Notes: generated by a model not told the origin, from the sequence alone. DNA of 64,000 bases from Euryarchaeota archaeon UBA182 (GCA_002495675.1 DAGH01000001.1:50592-114591); one strand, 5' to 3'. Counted from the stretch's first letter, positions 1 to 13,120 are shown. Numbers and translations are program-made.

Positions 1-1
1 T

Positions 2-3000
2 CATGGATTCGTTCTCCCATACAATGGCTACCAAGATGACTTCACACTTGGACCTCCTACCATCGTTTCCAATGGAAATATCCCAGAGATGTACTGGCAT
101 GTCATGATGAAATGGAGCCCATGGAATGGCAACAACTACTTTGATCTAGATATTGATGGAGACTCTCTGATCAATGGCATTGACGTAGACATAGATGCCG
201 ATGGCGTCCCCAATTGGTGGGACAGGGATGAAGGCTCCGACGGAAGACTGGATGTGAACGATCCAGCATATGGGGGCTCATTGGATGACGGAGAATGCGA
301 CTTGTCCATGTCTTTCCTGTTGGGCTTGGACGACGATCAAATTAGTTGTGGCCTAGCCTTGGCATGGCTCTATGGATTCCCACTCAGTCAAGCTAGATCC
401 AGCAATGGCGTTCCATTCGTCCTACCATACTCCTCCAGACCAGATCCGCTCTACACAGATGGCCCTTACAATGGAGAAAATTCAGCGGGCATAAATGACT
501 TCACCTGTGAAACCAACTGTTTCCACTTTGATTTCCTAGGCCCTGCAGATGCAGGCCCTTCCGCTGCCGTGACATTTGAGGACATAATCAACAACAGGGA
601 TCTATGGACAGCTTATGTTGGAATCAACTTTGGCATGTTCCAATGGGTCTCTGATGGGAATGGGAACCTGTTCCCGGACGAATTTGCGGACCTGTTGGAT
701 AACAACGAAGATCCTGATGACGACTGTGGAGCCCCTGTCACCGGAACCCCGAATCCCTCATGCATGGTCAACGATACAGCCGATCTAGATGACGATTTCG
801 ACGGCGTTTTCGACCATTGGGACGTTGACGATGACAACAACGGCGTTTGGGATTTCTTCGAGGTTGACGTCAACGATGACCTGGATGACGATACCAACAC
901 CGAACCACTGGGGAACTTTTTTACAGGATACAACTGCGATGATCAGGACGATGACGGTACAGATACAGATCCCGATGGGGATGGTTGGTACCAATCGGTT
1001 TGGGATCGAGGCAGGTTAGGACAAGGATTGCTTTTCCCTCAATACTACGACGTTGACAATGACAACGATGGCGTCCCGGATGGGGAGGACCCCGATGACG
1101 ACAACAATGGAGTCTTGGACATCGACCAGGAGTTGATTTGCTTCCAAGGAGAGGAACAGAGCCCATGGGACCACGACAATGACGGTATACCAGATTGGGC
1201 AGACACGGATTGGGATGGCGACGGCTTGTCGAATACCATCGAGCTCGCCGGTGGCGGAGCCTCCCATCCAATCGCCCCATGGGACCACGACAACGATGGC
1301 CTTCGAGATGACATTGATCCTGATGACGATGAAGACGGCATGAACGATGAAGACGAGGTATTGCTTTGGCCGACGAGGTTTAACTCCAATTCTACAAATC
1401 CCTGGGATCATGACGATTATGGAACCGGGTCGGGACTGTATGATCCCACAAACGCGTCCACCGGTCCAGACGCTCAGGATGAAGATGACGACTCGGATGG
1501 CATCCCCGATATCGATTGGGATCACTTGGAAGAGAACGCACTATGCACCGACTCAAGCGGAGCTCAATACCCTTCGAGTGACTGGGACAATGACAATGAC
1601 TGCATATTGGATGCAGATGACAAACCTCCTACCAGAATTACACTCAATCCAATCCAAACCGTCTGGTTGGACGCCCAATTCCCAGCAGTATTCAGCGGCC
1701 GCGTAGATGTTCTCGACATGGAGACTGGAGCATTTGTTCCCGGAACAGATCTGCCCGTTAGGATAGTTATTGAGTACGCAAGGAACTCTACTGAAGCCCT
1801 ACGAACAGTGGAGGTGCTAACCAACGAAATGGGGAACTTCACAGTTGGACAATACCTCTACCCAGAGGACATCGAGGTAGGCCCATCCTCGAGGTACAAC
1901 CTTCGTGCTGATGTGATAGAGATGTTTGCCCACGACGGGTCATCTTCAACCCCCGCCCCCCTCGAGGTCAGGGGGAACACAACAGTCGATTACGTATCCT
2001 GGACTTATTTCAGGAGTGACGAGCAACCCCTCTTCGTGGATTTCAAGGTGCATTATGACGCAGATTGGCAGAGGGGGGTATTCGACAATCGGATAAAACA
2101 TGCTCCAGTCTCATTCACAGTCGCTGGAGGACCATTCGGAAACCGAACAGAACCAACTCTGTTTGATGGATACGGTTTCGGGTACAGGGCGGACTCAAAC
2201 GGTTGGGTGTCACTCACGTTTGTCCAACAACAGGGTGCCCAAGGTTTCTGGAAACAGGTTCGATGGAACTCCACCATGGACAACGGAGTGGGACAACCCA
2301 GCGGTGGATACGAGGAAATCGTGTGGGACGATAACGCAAAACAACACCAATACGTATCAAGATACGAATACACGAACACATCCTTGCCAGTCGGAGATTA
2401 TGAGTTCATAGGCTTCTCGAGACCTGATTTAGGAGCCGAGTGGCCCTTCCCATACCTCAACGGCAGCGAATCAGAGACATTCTACATACGCTCCATGCAC
2501 AGAATGTACATCGAGGCCGTCATTTACACGACCTCATTGAGGCCCGTTTACTTCTGGGATGCCACCCAATTTATCGGATCGTCTTTTGGCGCATGGAGGG
2601 CTGTTTTCCACGCTCCATCACTCCAAGCAGCGAATATATCCTTTGATAATGCCAGCATTGGGAAACCATACCCCATTCTTTGGAATGGAACGTCGGCAGG
2701 GCTCACCGGAGAGGCTGCTAAGCTGAGGCCCTTCCTCTCGGCCAACCTGACTCATTGGTCTATAGCAATGCAAAACGGGGGCGACTTCAATGCCCCACCT
2801 TGTGGCCCTGCAAACCCAGCGGATCCATTCAGTCGAACCCGATGTGAGATTATGCCAGAGTTGTTCACCGGTGAGTCACTTAGGGTGGTAGGGGAAGTCT
2901 TCAATCGAACCTTTGTTCCATGGTCGAGCGACCCGATCGCCCTTCAGGTAGATCTCGATCAGAACCTAATATTCTCCGGCGCTCAAGAAACTGGTTTCGC

Positions 3001-5728
3001 TAGGGTGCCAAACATGGTTGACGGCAAAGCGCAATTTGACTACAACTGGACGTGGTACTCACAGTATGCAGCAGGTACATACGGCATCAAAGCAGATTTC
3101 ACCAACTCCAACTTCTACTTCACGGGCAACCAGTCATCTGTTTTGTCCGCCACTGGCGCTTACATCAACGTATCAGTGATTGGAACGAGCCAATTCTTAC
3201 CGGTTGAGGACTCTAGACTTTATCGTGGAGTAAACAGAACCGTGGAAGTGAGGCTGGTGGACAACTCCTTGCAACCACTGAGAGAGGTCCCAGTCACATA
3301 TTCATGGAACGCAGACGGCACTAATGGACTTACATCAACCGACAAAAATGGAATATTCAGGGTCAATCTCTCAATCGGACAGAATCACCCCCTGGGTGCA
3401 TTCACACTCACCTATGAATACACGGGAGACGCCTTCCACCAATCTTCGACAGGTCAGACGGAACTTTGGGTCGTCTCACGAACCTTCATCGACCTACAAT
3501 CCAGCGTCTCGGGAGGATTGGTGAGTGGTCAAGACTGGTTCTTCACAGCCCAGGTGACCGATGATAATCGAACTGCATTTACGAAGGATTCAGGACAGGC
3601 ATTGGATGGCTGTGGGGAAAACGGAGGAAATATCACCTTGATTCTGGAAGGGTTAGACTTCGAGGATAGGGTTCACAGGAAAATTGTGGAGACACTTTGT
3701 CCGAGCGCTGGTGCCATTACACACCAACTTACTTTGGATCCCGAGATACTCACCTCAGACGCCGAATCATTCCTCCCAGATGGTTTTGGACCAGTAAATG
3801 TCATTCTCAGATTTAATGAAAACCTTCCACATGAGGGATGCGGTCCACTTGGCCCCAACGCCTTGGAGATCGCTGGAGCATGGGACGAATGCACTCTTGA
3901 TATCTACAATGATCATTACAGGAGAGTACTACAGTTCCAAGAAGAGGGATTCTATCTTCTCGGGGGGACATCGTTGAGTGTAGACGAGCAAACAGTCTAC
4001 ACTTCCGAGGCAGATCCCATAACTGGTGAATCTATCCAAAAGCCAATGTCTGTAACCGGCCAATTGGTAGATGAACTTGGGAGGAATCTAAGCTTCCGAA
4101 ATGTGAAGGTCACCTACGAGATGCTAGGAAGTCAGCTAGGAATAAGAACATGCCTTCCTGGCACCACGGATGCCAACGGATTCTTTGAGATACTATGCTC
4201 ACTTGATGGCGTTCAAGCAGGCCAAGCAAAAGTACAGGTGATGTACAACTCATGGGAGAACGCAGATCGTTATCGATATCTGAATGCAACAAAAACCATG
4301 TTATTCCCTGTGTACTCCAACTCTACATTGCAGATGATTGAAATCGGCCCATTCAGGAATGACGTGGATACGTACACCTTCGCGAATGGCAGCACATTCC
4401 CAGTTTTGTACCTCAAGGAATCCTTCCACTTCGATGCAAGACTTACGCAGGTGAATGGAAATCCAGTAGGTGGCAAGTGCCTAAACATCTATCTTGATCC
4501 AGAGACCAATACCAGACCTTTCGCAACAGCAAGGACCAATGACGGAACAGGCTCAGTTGAGTGGTTTTCAGGTGACAAGGATGACAATCCGAGCCAGAGA
4601 GGGGTAGACCCAAGCGGCGACCAGCTTGAAGGCTTCAGAACAGTGAGAGTCGCCTATGAACCTACACGATCTGTCCCAGGAGGGTGTGAGATAGAAAACA
4701 GCCCAGTGATCAATGGCTCTTTCGTGGACGTCGAAGTCCTAGTACAAAGCAGAGTCGATATTCTATTGAGCCAACAATGGGCACGTCCCGAGGGGTATCA
4801 AGTTGGTGAGATTGTTGAGGGTTCGGTCGCAATACTCCGAGATAGGATCGACTTAGCAGTGGAGGGGCAGACCGTAGTATTCTCTCAGTATTACAACAAC
4901 GGAACCGGCTGGGAGCTCTTCAAGGTCTATTTCACTACCACCAATGAGCAGGGTACAGCCAATTTCAGTTTCGAATACACAGGCCGCGATCTGCCAGGGG
5001 AACAATCCGCTATCCTCGGAGGCCCTGAAGCAGTGAATGGAGAATGGAAAATAGAGGTAGAGTTCCAGGGTGATTATCGATTCGTAAGCTCAGATCTCAG
5101 CAACACTCCTAGGATAAAACTCGCAGATCCGGTTGACTCAGACCAACAAAGCTTCTTCACGGCTAGGGTCATGACGGTCTTGGCACTTATCCTAGTCTCG
5201 ACTCTATTGCTGGCTGCATACATGTACAGGAATTACGTCGAAAGAAGGAGAATAGAGGTACTTAGGGGCATATTGACAGATTCGTTGTGGGCCCTGCAGG
5301 GACGAAATTCGTATGTCGAGACTATCTTCAATTGCTACAAGGACTTAGTTAAGTTCTTCAGACAGAGAGGAGCGATGAAGAAAGTTTACGAAACCACTAG
5401 AGAATTCGAATATGCAGTGAATAAGATGCTCGGCGGAATAGCGCCCCCAGAGGATCTATCAGAATTCTTCAGCATATTCGAGGAAGCAAGGTATTCCGAC
5501 CATGAGATCGGAGCAGACCAGAGAGATAGAGCCATAGCGGCCCTTCAAAACATTATCACCCATCTATCAAAATCATTGGGAGAGAGCATGCTCAGCCGAA
5601 TACGCTCTGAGGGCTTAGAGATGTATGGCGCAGCGACCAAGGCTGGAACCTTCGTGGACTCCGAAGGCCAGGTTAGAATTGCCGGAGAGCAGGACGACTC
5701 AGATGAGAAGACGGGATTCAACATATGA
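2..5728 (+). CDS. Giant cell-surface protein, 5'-partial. It has Asp-rich Ca-binding (thrombospondin type-3-like) repeats, a long beta-rich ectodomain, a single C-terminal TM helix and a DUF4129-like cytoplasmic tail.
   Basis: The frame is open from nt 2 to the ATG at 89 with no stop, so the gene probably starts left of the window. The N-terminal 500 aa are full of WDHDNDG.PD / DxDxDG motifs. There are more than 25 N-x-S/T sequons. The TM segment is VMTVLALILVSTLLLAAYMY near nt 5170-5230. The tail (TTREFEYAV...FFSIFEEARYSDHEI) resembles DUF4129. Confidence 0.75.
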   Translation, partial: HGFVLPYNGYQDDFTLGPPTIVSNGNIPEMYWHVMMKWSPWNGNNYFDLDIDGDSLINGIDVDIDADGVPNWWDRDEGSDGRLDVNDPAYGGSLDDGECDLSMSFLLGLDDDQISCGLALAWLYGFPLSQARSSNGVPFVLPYSSRPDPLYTDGPYNGENSAGINDFTCETNCFHFDFLGPADAGPSAAVTFEDIINNRDLWTAYVGINFGMFQWVSDGNGNLFPDEFADLLDNNEDPDDDCGAPVTGTPNPSCMVNDTADLDDDFDGVFDHWDVDDDNNGVWDFFEVDVNDDLDDDTNTEPLGNFFTGYNCDDQDDDGTDTDPDGDGWYQSVWDRGRLGQGLLFPQYYDVDNDNDGVPDGEDPDDDNNGVLDIDQELICFQGEEQSPWDHDNDGIPDWADTDWDGDGLSNTIELAGGGASHPIAPWDHDNDGLRDDIDPDDDEDGMNDEDEVLLWPTRFNSNSTNPWDHDDYGTGSGLYDPTNASTGPDAQDEDDDSDGIPDIDWDHLEENALCTDSSGAQYPSSDWDNDNDCILDADDKPPTRITLNPIQTVWLDAQFPAVFSGRVDVLDMETGAFVPGTDLPVRIVIEYARNSTEALRTVEVLTNEMGNFTVGQYLYPEDIEVGPSSRYNLRADVIEMFAHDGSSSTPAPLEVRGNTTVDYVSWTYFRSDEQPLFVDFKVHYDADWQRGVFDNRIKHAPVSFTVAGGPFGNRTEPTLFDGYGFGYRADSNGWVSLTFVQQQGAQGFWKQVRWNSTMDNGVGQPSGGYEEIVWDDNAKQHQYVSRYEYTNTSLPVGDYEFIGFSRPDLGAEWPFPYLNGSESETFYIRSMHRMYIEAVIYTTSLRPVYFWDATQFIGSSFGAWRAVFHAPSLQAANISFDNASIGKPYPILWNGTSAGLTGEAAKLRPFLSANLTHWSIAMQNGGDFNAPPCGPANPADPFSRTRCEIMPELFTGESLRVVGEVFNRTFVPWSSDPIALQVDLDQNLIFSGAQETGFARVPNMVDGKAQFDYNWTWYSQYAAGTYGIKADFTNSNFYFTGNQSSVLSATGAYINVSVIGTSQFLPVEDSRLYRGVNRTVEVRLVDNSLQPLREVPVTYSWNADGTNGLTSTDKNGIFRVNLSIGQNHPLGAFTLTYEYTGDAFHQSSTGQTELWVVSRTFIDLQSSVSGGLVSGQDWFFTAQVTDDNRTAFTKDSGQALDGCGENGGNITLILEGLDFEDRVHRKIVETLCPSAGAITHQLTLDPEILTSDAESFLPDGFGPVNVILRFNENLPHEGCGPLGPNALEIAGAWDECTLDIYNDHYRRVLQFQEEGFYLLGGTSLSVDEQTVYTSEADPITGESIQKPMSVTGQLVDELGRNLSFRNVKVTYEMLGSQLGIRTCLPGTTDANGFFEILCSLDGVQAGQAKVQVMYNSWENADRYRYLNATKTMLFPVYSNSTLQMIEIGPFRNDVDTYTFANGSTFPVLYLKESFHFDARLTQVNGNPVGGKCLNIYLDPETNTRPFATARTNDGTGSVEWFSGDKDDNPSQRGVDPSGDQLEGFRTVRVAYEPTRSVPGGCEIENSPVINGSFVDVEVLVQSRVDILLSQQWARPEGYQVGEIVEGSVAILRDRIDLAVEGQTVVFSQYYNNGTGWELFKVYFTTTNEQGTANFSFEYTGRDLPGEQSAILGGPEAVNGEWKIEVEFQGDYRFVSSDLSNTPRIKLADPVDSDQQSFFTARVMTVLALILVSTLLLAAYMYRNYVERRRIEVLRGILTDSLWALQGRNSYVETIFNCYKDLVKFFRQRGAMKKVYETTREFEYAVNKMLGGIAPPEDLSEFFSIFEEARYSDHEIGADQRDRAIAALQNIITHLSKSLGESMLSRIRSEGLEMYGAATKAGTFVDSEGQVRIAGEQDDSDEKTGFNI

Positions 5729-5836
5729 GGGAATCGAAGTGCCCATGAGGGCTCAAATTTTCTGAAAATACCCCCGAGAGGTTCTTAACAGGACCTGAGG
5801 TGGCCGAGCCTACCCGAATAACGTCGAGGGAGTCAT

Positions 5837-6202
5837 ATGAGTAAAAAGAACAAGAAGACCAATGATGCCTTGATCGCCCTGATTGGCGATTTGAAGGACC
5901 AGAGTAGGTCTACTGGCGCTGCGATATGGCGAGACGTAGCGCTCAGGCTGGAAACCAGCCGGAGCAACTGGGCTGAGCCGAACCTCAGCCGTCTATCGAG
6001 GACCGCCGCCGATGACGAGACCATACTCGTTCCCGGCAAGCTCCTTGGCAGCGGCGATGTACTCGGTTCCCCCAACGTCGCCGCCTACAGCGTTAGTGCC
6101 AGTGCCCGCTCAAAGATCGAAGCTGCAGGTGGTCGCGTGATGACAATCCGTGACCTGATGAATGACAATCCGAAAGGAACAGGGGTGAGGATAATTGGAT
6201 AG
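5837..6202 (+). CDS. rpl18e: 50S ribosomal protein L18e
   Basis: 121 aa, MSKKNKKTNDALIALIGDLK...AIWRDVALRL...NLSRLSR. It occupies the typical first position of the archaeal L18e-L13-S9-RpoN cluster. Confidence 0.9.
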   Translation: MSKKNKKTNDALIALIGDLKDQSRSTGAAIWRDVALRLETSRSNWAEPNLSRLSRTAADDETILVPGKLLGSGDVLGSPNVAAYSVSASARSKIEAAGGRVMTIRDLMNDNPKGTGVRIIG

Positions 6203-6680
6203 CACAAGCACACTAGTATTTGATGCGAAAGACCAGGTTCTCGGCCGACTAGCCAGCCACGTAGCAAGTACCCTGTTGATCACCCGCAGAGAAGGAAACC
6301 CCAAGAAGGTGATAATCATAAACGCAGAAAATGCCATAGTCACCGGTTCCAGAGACAGGGTTTTAGCGAACTACGATCAAAAATACAAGCTCAACCATCC
6401 AAGGAAGGGCCCCTTCTTCCCGAGGATGCCGGACATGATCCTGAAAAGAACAGTAAGAGGCATGCTACCTTACCAAAAGAAATCAAGTGGTAGGCAGGCT
6501 GTGAAGGACCTAAGGGTCATGATCGGAACCCCCAGCAATCTGGAAGGCGAAGATCTTCCCGAGGGACACGAATGGGGAGACACCACCAAAATTGACCGTC
6601 CACTACCTGACAGTTTTGTTAGACTCGGGGACATAAGTAAGCACTTGGGGGCCAAAACCTCACGATGGGGCGATGCATGA
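6195..6680 (+). CDS. rpl13: 50S ribosomal protein L13 (uL13)
   Basis: [17 protein letters not shown]...[12 protein letters not shown] motif. The start appears to be TTG at 6195, overlapping the L18e stop by 8 nt. Operon context supports the call. Confidence 0.9.
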   Translation: MDSTSTLVFDAKDQVLGRLASHVASTLLITRREGNPKKVIIINAENAIVTGSRDRVLANYDQKYKLNHPRKGPFFPRMPDMILKRTVRGMLPYQKKSSGRQAVKDLRVMIGTPSNLEGEDLPEGHEWGDTTKIDRPLPDSFVRLGDISKHLGAKTSRWGDA

Positions 6681-7117
6681 TGGCAAAGAGGCGCAAGAAA
6701 CAGGCAGTTCAGACCAGTGGCAAGAGGAAGACGGCAGTTGCGAGAGCCACAGTAAAAGAGGGCAAGGGTAGAATCAGAGTCAATTCTAAGCCAATCCACA
6801 TCATGGAGCCTGAATTGGCCCGGAGAAAGGCGTTGGAACCTGTTCAGATAGCCGAAGCGATGAACAGGCTGTCGACAGTCGATATCACTGTAGACGTCGC
6901 AGGTGGCGGAATTATGGGGCAAGTGGATGCCGTAAGGACAGCAATTGCCCGAGGTCTAGTGCACTTCAATGACGGAGCTGTGGGAATCGATGAAGAACTT
7001 AGAGACGAGTTCCTCAGATTCGACAGAACACTGTTGGTCAACGACCCCCGACGCAAAGAACCAAAGCATCAAATGGGCAGAGGGGCCAGGAAGAAATGGC
7101 AGAAATCATACAGGTGA
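6677..7117 (+). CDS. rps9: 30S ribosomal protein S9 (uS9)
   Basis: [22 protein letters not shown] and the C-terminal ...KKWQKSYR. The ATG at 6677 forms an ATGA overlap with the L13 stop. The ORF track starts 12 nt earlier, at 6665. Confidence 0.9.
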   Translation: MMAKRRKKQAVQTSGKRKTAVARATVKEGKGRIRVNSKPIHIMEPELARRKALEPVQIAEAMNRLSTVDITVDVAGGGIMGQVDAVRTAIARGLVHFNDGAVGIDEELRDEFLRFDRTLLVNDPRRKEPKHQMGRGARKKWQKSYR

Positions 7118-7123
7118 ATTGAG

Positions 7124-7330
7124 ATGTTAATACCCGTTAGATGTTGGAGTTGTGGCAAGGTAGTTGCACACTTATACAAGAACTATACAGAAAGGACAAC
7201 AGCTGGAGAGGACCCCGAAGAAGTACTGGACGACCTCAAACTTCGGCGATACTGTTGTAGAAGGATGTTCGTAGGCCACATCGATCTAATCGATGACATC
7301 GCCCCGTTTAGCCTACCCCGCGATATCTGA
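7124..7330 (+). CDS. rpoN: DNA-directed RNA polymerase subunit N (Rpo10/RpoN)
   Basis: 68 aa, MLIPVRCWSCGKVV...RYCCRRMF zinc-binding signature. Canonical position after S9. Confidence 0.9.
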   Translation: MLIPVRCWSCGKVVAHLYKNYTERTTAGEDPEEVLDDLKLRRYCCRRMFVGHIDLIDDIAPFSLPRDI

Positions 7331-7350
7331 CTGTATCGGCAAGGCTTTGA

Positions 7351-10400
<3,050 letters not shown>

Positions 10401-10464
10401 GATGTCGATGCCTACATCCGATGACATGATGTGCCATGACTGGGAGACCGACATAACCATTGGG

Positions 10465-11655
10465 ATGGCCGAGGGGATAGAGATGGACGAAAACTTCCGT
10501 GCACACCAGTTGTCGCCGTCCTCTTGGAATAGATATGAACAATGCCCAAGGAAATATTGGCTGTCAAGGCAAAAACTACCACGAAAAGCAAGTATGCCAG
10601 CCTCATTGGGTAACGCAGTGCACAACTCAGTGGAAGACATTTGCAATTTGGACCTCAATGGGAGGGATACAGATGAATCTGGATGGATGACGCCAACTGC
10701 GAAGGCTATACTTGATAGACATTGGAAGATTGAGAGGGAGTCTTTTCTCGCTACACCAAGGCATCCGAGATGGAAGGAGGAACTCATAACACAGGCCCAC
10801 GATGGTCTTGTGGGTGCCTTGAATATACTCTGTGGCAAATCAAATCTCTCGACCACAAAACTATCCGAACTCACAATTGGGGACTGGAGGCATGTCCAAT
10901 CCATAGTTTTGGCAAACGAGGGAACGCTGGTTTCTGATTGTGGTAGGTTGATGGGCAGATTAGATCTACTTGTCGCGGATTTAGACTCGGCAGGCCAGTC
11001 CAAGGGATGGATCGTTGCAGACCTCAAAACAGGGCGACCTCCGATAGGGGTTCTAGACCCCAAGGTTAGCCGACAGCTCCGATTCTATCGCGACCTAATA
11101 AAGAGGAACAATCCGAATCACCCGAAGATTAGGGCAGAAGGCTGGTATTCAGCCAATCAGACAATCCATGAGGCCACAGGCCCCAATGTTATCGATGATG
11201 CCTTTGTGGCGTGGGAGGGGATGAGGCCCACTAACATCCCCCTGGAGGGAACGCCAGAGGAATTTGCGTGTGGGTTCTGCGAATGGAAGGCATGGTGCCC
11301 TGATTGGTGGTTAGCTATCGCAGATGGTACCATCGCCGGCAATGGTACATTCAGAGACGAAGTGGTCAGGATAATCAGATACGACTCGGATGGTGGAGCG
11401 GGATTGTTGGAGAGGATGGCTCCTGTAGATGAGAAGGGAGCGGTCGCGCCATCTCCCAAGAGATTTGGATTCACGGTCAAAGATCAAGCGAAACACCAAC
11501 TCGATGGTCTGATGGAAGATGGGTACGAGGGCGCATTGTTCATGGGGAGCGCGAGAGCAACGAGCAAAGTCCTTCACTTGGGCGACTGGAGCGAAATACT
11601 GCCTTGGCAGCCCCTGTTAGAGAGCACCACACTCAATCAAGAAACAGCGTCTTGA
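10465..11655 (+). CDS. Stand-alone Cas4/AddB-type PD-(D/E)XK nuclease with a 4-Cys (Fe-S) cluster and an extra C-terminal domain of about 110 aa
   Basis: First Cys in YEQCPRKYWL. Nuclease motifs are GNAVHNSVED, GRLDLLVAD, VADLKTG and RQLRFY (QxxxY). Distal Cys triad is CGFCEWKAWC (CxxCx5C). The start is uncertain: ATG at 10399, 10465 or 10483. Confidence 0.75.
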   Translation: MAEGIEMDENFRAHQLSPSSWNRYEQCPRKYWLSRQKLPRKASMPASLGNAVHNSVEDICNLDLNGRDTDESGWMTPTAKAILDRHWKIERESFLATPRHPRWKEELITQAHDGLVGALNILCGKSNLSTTKLSELTIGDWRHVQSIVLANEGTLVSDCGRLMGRLDLLVADLDSAGQSKGWIVADLKTGRPPIGVLDPKVSRQLRFYRDLIKRNNPNHPKIRAEGWYSANQTIHEATGPNVIDDAFVAWEGMRPTNIPLEGTPEEFACGFCEWKAWCPDWWLAIADGTIAGNGTFRDEVVRIIRYDSDGGAGLLERMAPVDEKGAVAPSPKRFGFTVKDQAKHQLDGLMEDGYEGALFMGSARATSKVLHLGDWSEILPWQPLLESTTLNQETAS

Positions 11656-12391
11656 GCCGCAGACGGCGCTCCTCTGTGAGCGGGCTTGATTTTGACAAGA
11701 GCCAATCACTGTACTTCGGATCTAAAGACACGATCTTAGGGAATGACAATCCAGAATACTTTCCAAACGATATTATTGCATCATCCCCAGTGCCGCCATC
11801 GTCTGAACCAAAACCACCGCTCCCCTTGTTTGATTGCAACAAATCTTCCACTTTATCTCCAATCAAATCGGAGTATTCATCCAACATTTTCCACAGGAGT
11901 ACTAGAGTTGCCGCCGCATCAGCATCCGCGCTATGAGCCCGATCCAAGATGATCCCGTATCTTTTGCACAGCGAGCCGAGTTTATGTCTCCCAGGTATCC
12001 TAAACTTTCTCGCAAGCTCAAGAGTGTCAATTATGGAGTGGGGGCTTGGTGGTTGAAGACCACATCTGAAGTATTCCATTTCCACGAACTTCCAATCGAA
12101 CCTCTTCACATTGTGTCCGACTATAACGGCCCCGTCAATGATCTCAGTGATGACACCGGCCTGCTCTTTGAAGGGCTGACAGCCCTCGACATCTTTGTTG
12201 CTAATCCCATGTACGCTAGTCGAGGAAGGGGGTATCGCCATGCATGGATCTACCAATGAGTCAATGACGATCTTTTGGCCATCTTCATCCACTCCCACGA
12301 ACGCATATTGAACAATCCTGTCCTTTCTCGGATCGAGACCAGTGGTCTCGGTGTCGAAACCAAGGACTCTGTAACCCGAAAAGCTCTCCAT
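11633..12391 (-). CDS. DnaQ-like DEDDh 3'-5' exonuclease with a C-terminal DUF3820-like tail
   Basis: ExoI is LGFDTETTGL, ExoII is VGHNVKRFDWKF, ExoIII is HSADADAAAT. The C-terminus FGKYSGLSFPKIVSLDPKYSDWLL resembles the ExoX/DUF3820 C-terminal module. The start is taken at MESFSGY (12391). The ORF track extends to 12520. Confidence 0.8.
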   Translation of the reverse strand: MESFSGYRVLGFDTETTGLDPRKDRIVQYAFVGVDEDGQKIVIDSLVDPCMAIPPSSTSVHGISNKDVEGCQPFKEQAGVITEIIDGAVIVGHNVKRFDWKFVEMEYFRCGLQPPSPHSIIDTLELARKFRIPGRHKLGSLCKRYGIILDRAHSADADAAATLVLLWKMLDEYSDLIGDKVEDLLQSNKGSGGFGSDDGGTGDDAIISFGKYSGLSFPKIVSLDPKYSDWLLSKSSPLTEERRLRLKTLFLD

Positions 12392-12467
12392 ATGCCTCCG
12401 ACGGGGTTGGAGATGTTGATGATATCGGCGTGATAAGGCCTTTGTACAACAGCCTTTTCGGCCAAAC

Positions 12468-12821
12468 ATGGTCAAGTCAATGGAAATCACAAAGTCATCG
12501 ATAAGGGAGAGGTTGATCATCGACTCTGAAGTATGGATGCATCACCCCGACGACCATGACTTCCAACCAAGAGCATCGATCGAGGGAAGGATACTATCCA
12601 TACAAAATGCTGGCAAATCAATAGAACCGGCAAATATCGAATTGAGCGACGAGGAGTACATGGTTGCTGAGAGAGACAGGCTGATCGAACTGAGGGTCAA
12701 GTTCGGCGTCACAGGCATGCACGGCGTGTTAACTCACAAGAATCCGAATCCGAGGACAGGCCCGAATGCCAAGAAGTTGGCTGAATCGAGGTGGAAAACA
12801 CTACTTCCACTGAGTCTCTGA
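12468..12821 (+). CDS. Hypothetical protein (117 aa)
   Basis: It is the only sizeable ORF in this interval, and I recognise no motifs. Its coding status is not proven. Confidence 0.3.
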   Translation: MVKSMEITKSSIRERLIIDSEVWMHHPDDHDFQPRASIEGRILSIQNAGKSIEPANIELSDEEYMVAERDRLIELRVKFGVTGMHGVLTHKNPNPRTGPNAKKLAESRWKTLLPLSL

Positions 12822-12864
12822 TCACCGTCGACATTATACCAAATTCTGAGATGGGTGGCATATT

Positions 12865-12941
12865 GGACCCATAGTGTAGCCTGGATATCACATGAGCTTG
12901 CGGAGCTTGTAACCCGTGTTCGAATCGCGGTGGGTCCGCCA
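12865..12941 (+). tRNA. tRNA-Arg (anticodon GCG), CCA encoded
   Basis: Acceptor GGACCCA/TGGGTCC. D arm GTGT-AGCCTGGATA-TCAC. Anticodon stem TGAGC/GCTTG with loop TTGCGGA. T arm CCGTG-TTCGAAT-CGCGG. Ends with G-CCA. Confidence 0.85.
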
Positions 12942-13022
12942 CCCAACCTCAATTTCACATAGATGGAAGATAACACTGGTCTACAATCCGATTTAATTGT
13001 GAGAATCCCCCCCTTATGAACA

Positions 13023-13099
13023 GGACCCATAGTGTAGCCTGGATATCACTCTAGCCTCCGGAGCTGGAAACCCGTGTTCGAATCGCGGTGGGTCCGCCA
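13023..13099 (+). tRNA. tRNA-Arg (anticodon CCG), CCA encoded
   Basis: Acceptor, D and T arms are identical to the upstream tRNA-Arg. Anticodon stem CTAGC/GCTGG with loop CTCCGGA. Confidence 0.85.
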
Positions 13100-13120
13100 T
13101 AGTTCACAGGCGCCGATCGA

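Noticed and set aside
613-1842. Several minus-strand and alternate-frame ORFs of 69-169 aa inside the first giant gene.
   Set aside because: They are antisense or frame shadows of the Asp-rich repeat region. They are low in complexity, and the main frame is far better supported.
10401-11063. The N-terminal 221 codons of the 479-aa minus-strand ORF (PAC2 gene).
   Set aside because: This part has no PAC2-like sequence and is Ser/Pro-rich and low in complexity. It lies antisense to a plus-strand ORF carrying a complete Cas4-type nuclease motif set. An internal ATG at 10400 gives a 258-aa protein that matches the length of the second paralog.
12392-12520. A 43-codon N-terminal extension of the exonuclease ORF.
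   Set aside because: The ExoI motif lies immediately after the internal Met (MESFSGYRVLGFDTETTG), as in other DnaQ-like proteins. The extension is basic and low in complexity, and it would overlap the start of the neighbouring plus-strand ORF.
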